Shown here: positions 58,889 to 64,000 of the stretch, piece after piece
Position numbering within the stretch: position 1 is the stretch's first letter
Layout of the letters: each line of letters opens with the position of its first letter
Assembly: GCF_032191835.1 (NCBI RefSeq)
Contig: NC_083229.1
Location: 43,958,001 to 44,022,000 of the forward strand
Direction of reading: 5' to 3'
Length of the DNA stretch: 64,000 bases
Source: Heteronotia binoei
Taxonomy: Eukaryota
The notes under the pieces: generated by a model
The model's input: the letters and a program-made list of their open reading frames with translations, nothing else
Databases searched by the model: none
Told to the model about the DNA's origin: nothing
Made by a program: the position numbers and the translations under genes

Positions 58889-61800
58889 TATGCATCTATG
58901 GCCTTTGGCTCAGGTGACAGCCAGGTGGACTTGTGGTGGCAGTTAGGAATGTTAGCTGTGCTTTCAAGAGGTAAGTTGCATTTTCTAATGTTTAAAATGT
59001 GAGTCCAGAAGAGCATAATCCAAAAATGCTGGTGAAGTTCCAGATGTCTTTGTTAGGCACCTCGAAGCCATCACATCAAATTGCCAGCAGCTATACAAAG
59101 CAACCCAGGTTGTTGGGACATAGCTCTTGAAGCCTAAAGAGACTTTTATGATAGTAGCACTTACGACAATGTACTGAGTGAAGTTATAAGTTCAGCAGTG
59201 TTAAAAGTTGAACCTATTCACCCATGTAGACTGTTTGCCTTTGTTATTGGTTTTTCCATATTATGCTTTATTGAGACTTTAGTCAGGTAATTTCTCTGCT
59301 TTTAAGCCATATACGTTTGACCTGTAATAAAGGAATTTGGAATTAGATAACCCACTTTTTCCATTATCCTCCAGGGGCTGAGGATATCTATTAAAATGCA
59401 GTCATAGTCTATGATACTGCTTGAATGAATACTTGCCCAACCTATAATTACGTCCTACCTGATTTTTACAGGCTGGAAACTATCCAGGATTGGATTGTAC
59501 TGCCAAGCGTATAAAAATTATAAGTACTAACAGCCTACTAGGGTTCACACGGGAAAGATGTATATTTCTTAAATATAACAGCCCTTTCTATTTTATTATT
59601 CTACAGGCAATAGTTTTATGTAACTCCTAATTCTTGTTTCCTGGAGGGATTACAAATTTGATATTTAAATCTACCATATGTGTATCCCATCTGCAGGGAG
59701 TAAGCAGTACATGGAGAAACCCAGGGCTTTTTTTTCTAGAAAAAGAGGTGCTGGGCCTCTCAAGAGGGAAATGAAGGAGAAACACAGATACCCCTCATGA
59801 ACTTTTAAACATTTTTTGAGAATTTTGTTTTCACAAATTGTTTCTGGAACTTCATTCTTCCATATTCCCCCAGGGAAAAAAAACCCAAGGAGGAACCTCA
59901 CTTTATTATTACAACAGCCCTTTAGAGTGGATTTGGTTGAGTGACTGTGATGTGTCCAAGACTACTTTGTTTCATGCCTGAGAAACCTCAAACTCTGAAC
60001 TCTCTGGTTTAAGTCCTATGCTGTATACAGGTATCCTTTTCAGATCCCAGCAGCCAAATGCTCAGATCCAAAGTAACATTTCCATGGGCACACAAACTTC
60101 TACCTATGGAGCATGACCCTCAGAAACAGGATTTCAGGGGGCATTTTGGGCTGCCACAGGAGAAAGGGGCAGGAAAACCATGTTCCATAGGCAGAAGTCC
60201 TTGCATCCCCGGTAAATGTTGATCTGGATCCAAGCCAAAGAGATCTGGCAAAAGGAAGGTGAGATTTTTGGCATGGTTCAAAAATACGTTAACAGTATTC
60301 ACTATGGTGACTTTTAAAATACTTTATAGCAATGCTCTCCACACAGGTCAGTTACCTATTAAGCACAGAGTGTTTTTGGCTTTGGCATGCATGCTGAATA
60401 CATAGACCTAATATTGCTTCTAACAAAAACCATTTGTGTGGAACATGTGAAATTTGCTAGAAATGTAGATGCTGCTTAGGCACAATCACTCATGACCTAT
60501 AAAACAACAGTTCTTGATGTCCCCCTGCTGTCCCTAAATGGCACCCCTGCTATCACACCACACTGAATCAATCTCCTTCATTGACTGCAGTTTCAGTTTG
60601 GCTACAGATGGTTCCTGAAGATGATTCTTTACTCTTTGGTTTTTACTGGCACCTTGTTTCTGAAATCAGCTGCATTTGGTCTGAGGCACAGATGGATCTG
60701 ATTGAATAGGAGACTTCATAACAACAGCAAAAGTGGCCTTTGTAAAAGGTGCGCATGGGACTGGGCACTTAATGCTGCTAAGAAGAAAAAGGGGGGAAAG
60801 CATAGTAAGATACATTAATGAGGGACAGCTTAAAAAAGGGTGTGGAGTGAAGGTACTAATACTGATATAATATAGTGGGTTCCATGCAATGGTGGTAGTG
60901 AAAATCAGCTCTTTATTGGATACAGCTTAGTATAGGGCTGTACTATAAGACTAACTACTGGGACAACAGGGACAACTATATATACATTCCAGGTTCCTGT
61001 GCTAGCATCCTATTGGACCATTCAAACCAGCAGAAGGCCCATGATTGGAGCATGGCAGCAGGGATTTGGATCCTACTGCCCATTGTTCCCGAGTCCCCAG
61101 GCTCAGTCTTCCAGACTCCAATGAGCCCGGCAAGAACTCCATATCTTGAACATCATTCAGGTCACATATATAACAACTGACTTTCACCTAATCGGCACAT
61201 CTGTATCATCAACTTTCTGTCTTTTATCCAGCGACCCTGTTTAGTGAATTCACCTTTGGAGTATAATTAACTGTACTCCATTCAAGCCCTGTGCTTTCGA
61301 CAAAATAGTGCCCAGACTGACACATCATGCTCAAGAAATAATTTACTATTATTTTGTCTCAGTGAGAAAGCTAGCAATAAACTATGCAAATTAAATCATG
61401 ATTTACAGATTAGGTTTCACACTTTTTGAATCCCTGGAAGATGAGGGAGATCCTATGACTCCATTTCACTAATGGCAGCATTTTCTCCCAGAGCAAAGAG
61501 CCTCCTCCAGAACAAGAGGCTCTTCCACCAATAGAAGAGAGTTTTTTTGTAGAAGCAGAAAGCCTCTTGTGCTAATGGAAAGTAACAACAGTGCCCAAAA
61601 GGAGCCCTAGAATCCAATCCAATTGGGTTACTCAGTTATCTTCTGCCCTCTGCATGACCTCATACATGGAACTCCATGCTAAAGTGAATTTTCTGTTGGT
61701 TCATTGATTAAGCACCAGCTGTTTCTTGCCTCTTCCTGTTTACTACTCTTTCCCATGTAAGGCCTTAGAAGACTTCAGATTATCTGTGATCAATATTCCC

Positions 61801-61954
61801 ATTTTGCCATGAAGTTCACTAGGTGAGCTTGGGCCAGCATTCTTTCTTCATCTAATGCACCTTACAAGGTTTGTTGTGAGGATAAAATGGAGACCATGTA
61901 CGCCATTTTGAACTCTTAGGAGGAAGATGGAAAGCTAGGTGGGTAAAAAACAAT

Positions 61955-62590
61955 GGATAACCCTGTTAGATCACACCAATGGTACATTTAGCCCAGCATC
62001 CTGTTTTCCAGGTGGCCAGCCAGATGCATCAGAAATCTAACCACATGGACACAGAAGCCAAAACCTTCACATACTACTGTTCCCACTGATTAACATTCAG
62101 AAATATACTGCCTCCCAAGATTGGATGCCCCATTCATCCATCATAGCTAGCAGTTATGACCACACCCATGGCACAAGTTAGCTGCATTACTTGAAAAAAG
62201 TTTAGCTGCTTTCTGAAATGAATATATCAATTCATTTCATTGGATCCGACTAATGTTGGTATTATGAAAGGAAGAAAAACATTCTATCCACTTTCTGTAA
62301 ACCATGAATCATTTTATAAACCTCTACCATGTCGCGCTTAGTGGCTTGTTTTCTAAACTGAAGAGCTGCAGACTCTTCAACATCTCTCATAAGGAAGATA
62401 TTCTAACCCCAGGATCATTTTAACTGACCTTTTCTGCACTTTCTGCAACTGTACAATATCTTTTTTGAGATGGGTCAACCAGCACCATACGCAGTATTAC
62501 AAATGCTACCATACCATACCATATATAAAGACACTATGATGGTGGCTGATTTGTCTCTAATCCCTTTCCTAATAACCCCTGGCATAGAAT
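61955..62590 (-). mobile_element. CR1 LINE 3' fragment, decayed
   Basis: Similar to 43375-44045. Confidence 0.7.
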
Positions 62591-62667
62591 CTGTCTTTTA
62601 CTCTGACCTTTTGCTTTCTGTCATTTAATTAATTACTAATCCACAAGACAAGAGGATCTCTTATTAT

Positions 62668-62845
62668 GGAGCAGAGGTTCATCAGTGGCTATTAGCCACA
62701 GTGTATATATATGTGTGTGTGTGTGTATGTGTGTGTGTGTGTGTGTGTGTATACACACACACATATATTGGCCACTGTGTGACACAAAGTGTTGGACTGG
62801 ATGGGCTATTGGCTTGATTCAACATGACTTCTCTTATGTTCTTAT
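62668..62845 (+). mobile_element. CR1 3'-end derivative with internal (TG)n/(CA)n microsatellite
   Basis: GGAGCAGAGGTTCATCAGTGGCTATTAGCCACAG-(TA/TG)n(CA)n-ATATATTGGCCACTGTGTGACAC...TTATGTTCTTATG. Confidence 0.75.
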
Positions 62846-63333
62846 GTCATCTAATCTGATGACCTCAGGAGCATTTAGTGAGGTGAGGTGACTAAATTTG
62901 CCCTTACCAAATAGATGTATCTTGCATTCTGGATTTATCCCCATTCTGACCTTAATTTGACTCTGTGTTTTGGATTACCTTCCTATTAGGCCTTAGCTTC
63001 CAGCTGATGTTCTGATCTAAACCTCAGTGAAGTTAATGGAAAGTGTTTACAACTTGCAAAGTCTATTAAAACTGGTTACTATTCAGTAAGGGAATGATGA
63101 CTGCTACATATGAAGTTTCTCATGCAATCCTCTCTCAGAGGAGCCTTGAAAACTAAGAAGTCTATTCCTGCCAGTAACCAAATAGCTATATATTGAAGTA
63201 AAAGTATTATGAAATAGAAAGGAAGAAATCTGGAGTGAAAAGAACTTCTGACCTCCTGTTCTTTAATGCATCTGTTACGGAATTGCTATAATGAGTTACA
63301 GAAGCTCTTGGGTATGGAATAAAAGCATAATAA

Positions 63334-63412
63334 AATAGTCCCCCTGAACCGCCTCGGTGGGGAGGGCGGGATATAAATTGAATAAAATAAAATAAAATAA
63401 AATGAAAATAAT
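63334..63412 (+). mobile_element. L2 3' tip
   Basis: GAACCGCCTCGGTGGGAGGGCGGGATATAAAT followed by (AAAAT)n. Confidence 0.65.
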
Positions 63413-64000
63413 AATATATCATTAAATTACTATAATCCTAAACATTCAAAGCACAGTATCTTGGAAATCCTAGCATAAGGCAGACTAGTGATAAGATCTC
63501 CACATTGCAGATGTAGCTAAAAAAAAAATCACTTGTATGTGACCCTTGACATGTTCTTGGTTGAGCCAAGATGGGAAATGTATTTATAATATATTTATTT
63601 AAATATCTATTTTCTACCTTTTGGGGGAAAAACCTTTAAGGTGGATTGAAATGGGGATTCCCTGTACATAGCTCAGGTGCTTAACTCTTATGTTAATCAA
63701 GCTCTTTGAATCATCCACTAGAACCCACAATAGTCCTTTCTACCTAAATACCTAATGTAAATATCCCAAATGTTTGGAGCAGTCCAGTCCAACCCTTTCT
63801 CCATGTCCAAATACCACTACTGATCTGTGGCTTATGGTAGATGAAAATTGGGCATTGTAGGAATATCTTCCAGAGACCTAAGAATGACATATGTTCAACT
63901 TCATTTTAATACCAAATCTCAGATGCTGTTAGATTGTGATATTGTGTTTATTCAATGTGAACTCAAAGTTACCCAGTGAATTTCATGAATAATTAGAGGC

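Overview
This is vertebrate non-coding DNA, very likely from a gecko or other squamate, inferred from Squam3/Squam2/Sauria SINEs, gecko-type hAT MITEs, and CR1, L2, L1 and Penelope fragments. I found no convincing host protein-coding exon. Repeat-free stretches look like intronic or intergenic regulatory DNA. The main feature is a 6.8-kb betaretrovirus-like (class II) provirus on the minus strand (32388-39179). It has two identical 421-bp LTRs, a 6-bp TSD (ATATAA), a perfect tRNA-Lys1,2 PBS and a CpG-rich leader. Its 323-codon Gag ORF is still open but ends inside a Sauria SINE. It has no pro/pol, and its interior is decayed and carries old CR1 and SINE insertions, so it looks like an old defective genome that was recently re-mobilised in trans. 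Other notable items are a 2.4-kb internally deleted L1 with a 21-bp TSD (inserted into a Ty1/copia gag-protease relic), a CpG-rich 1.3-kb Harbinger-like element, a 5S-rRNA-derived SINE and a 1.5-kb L2 fragment. One 138-N assembly gap lies at 18576-18713. Family names come from pattern recognition and were not checked against a database.
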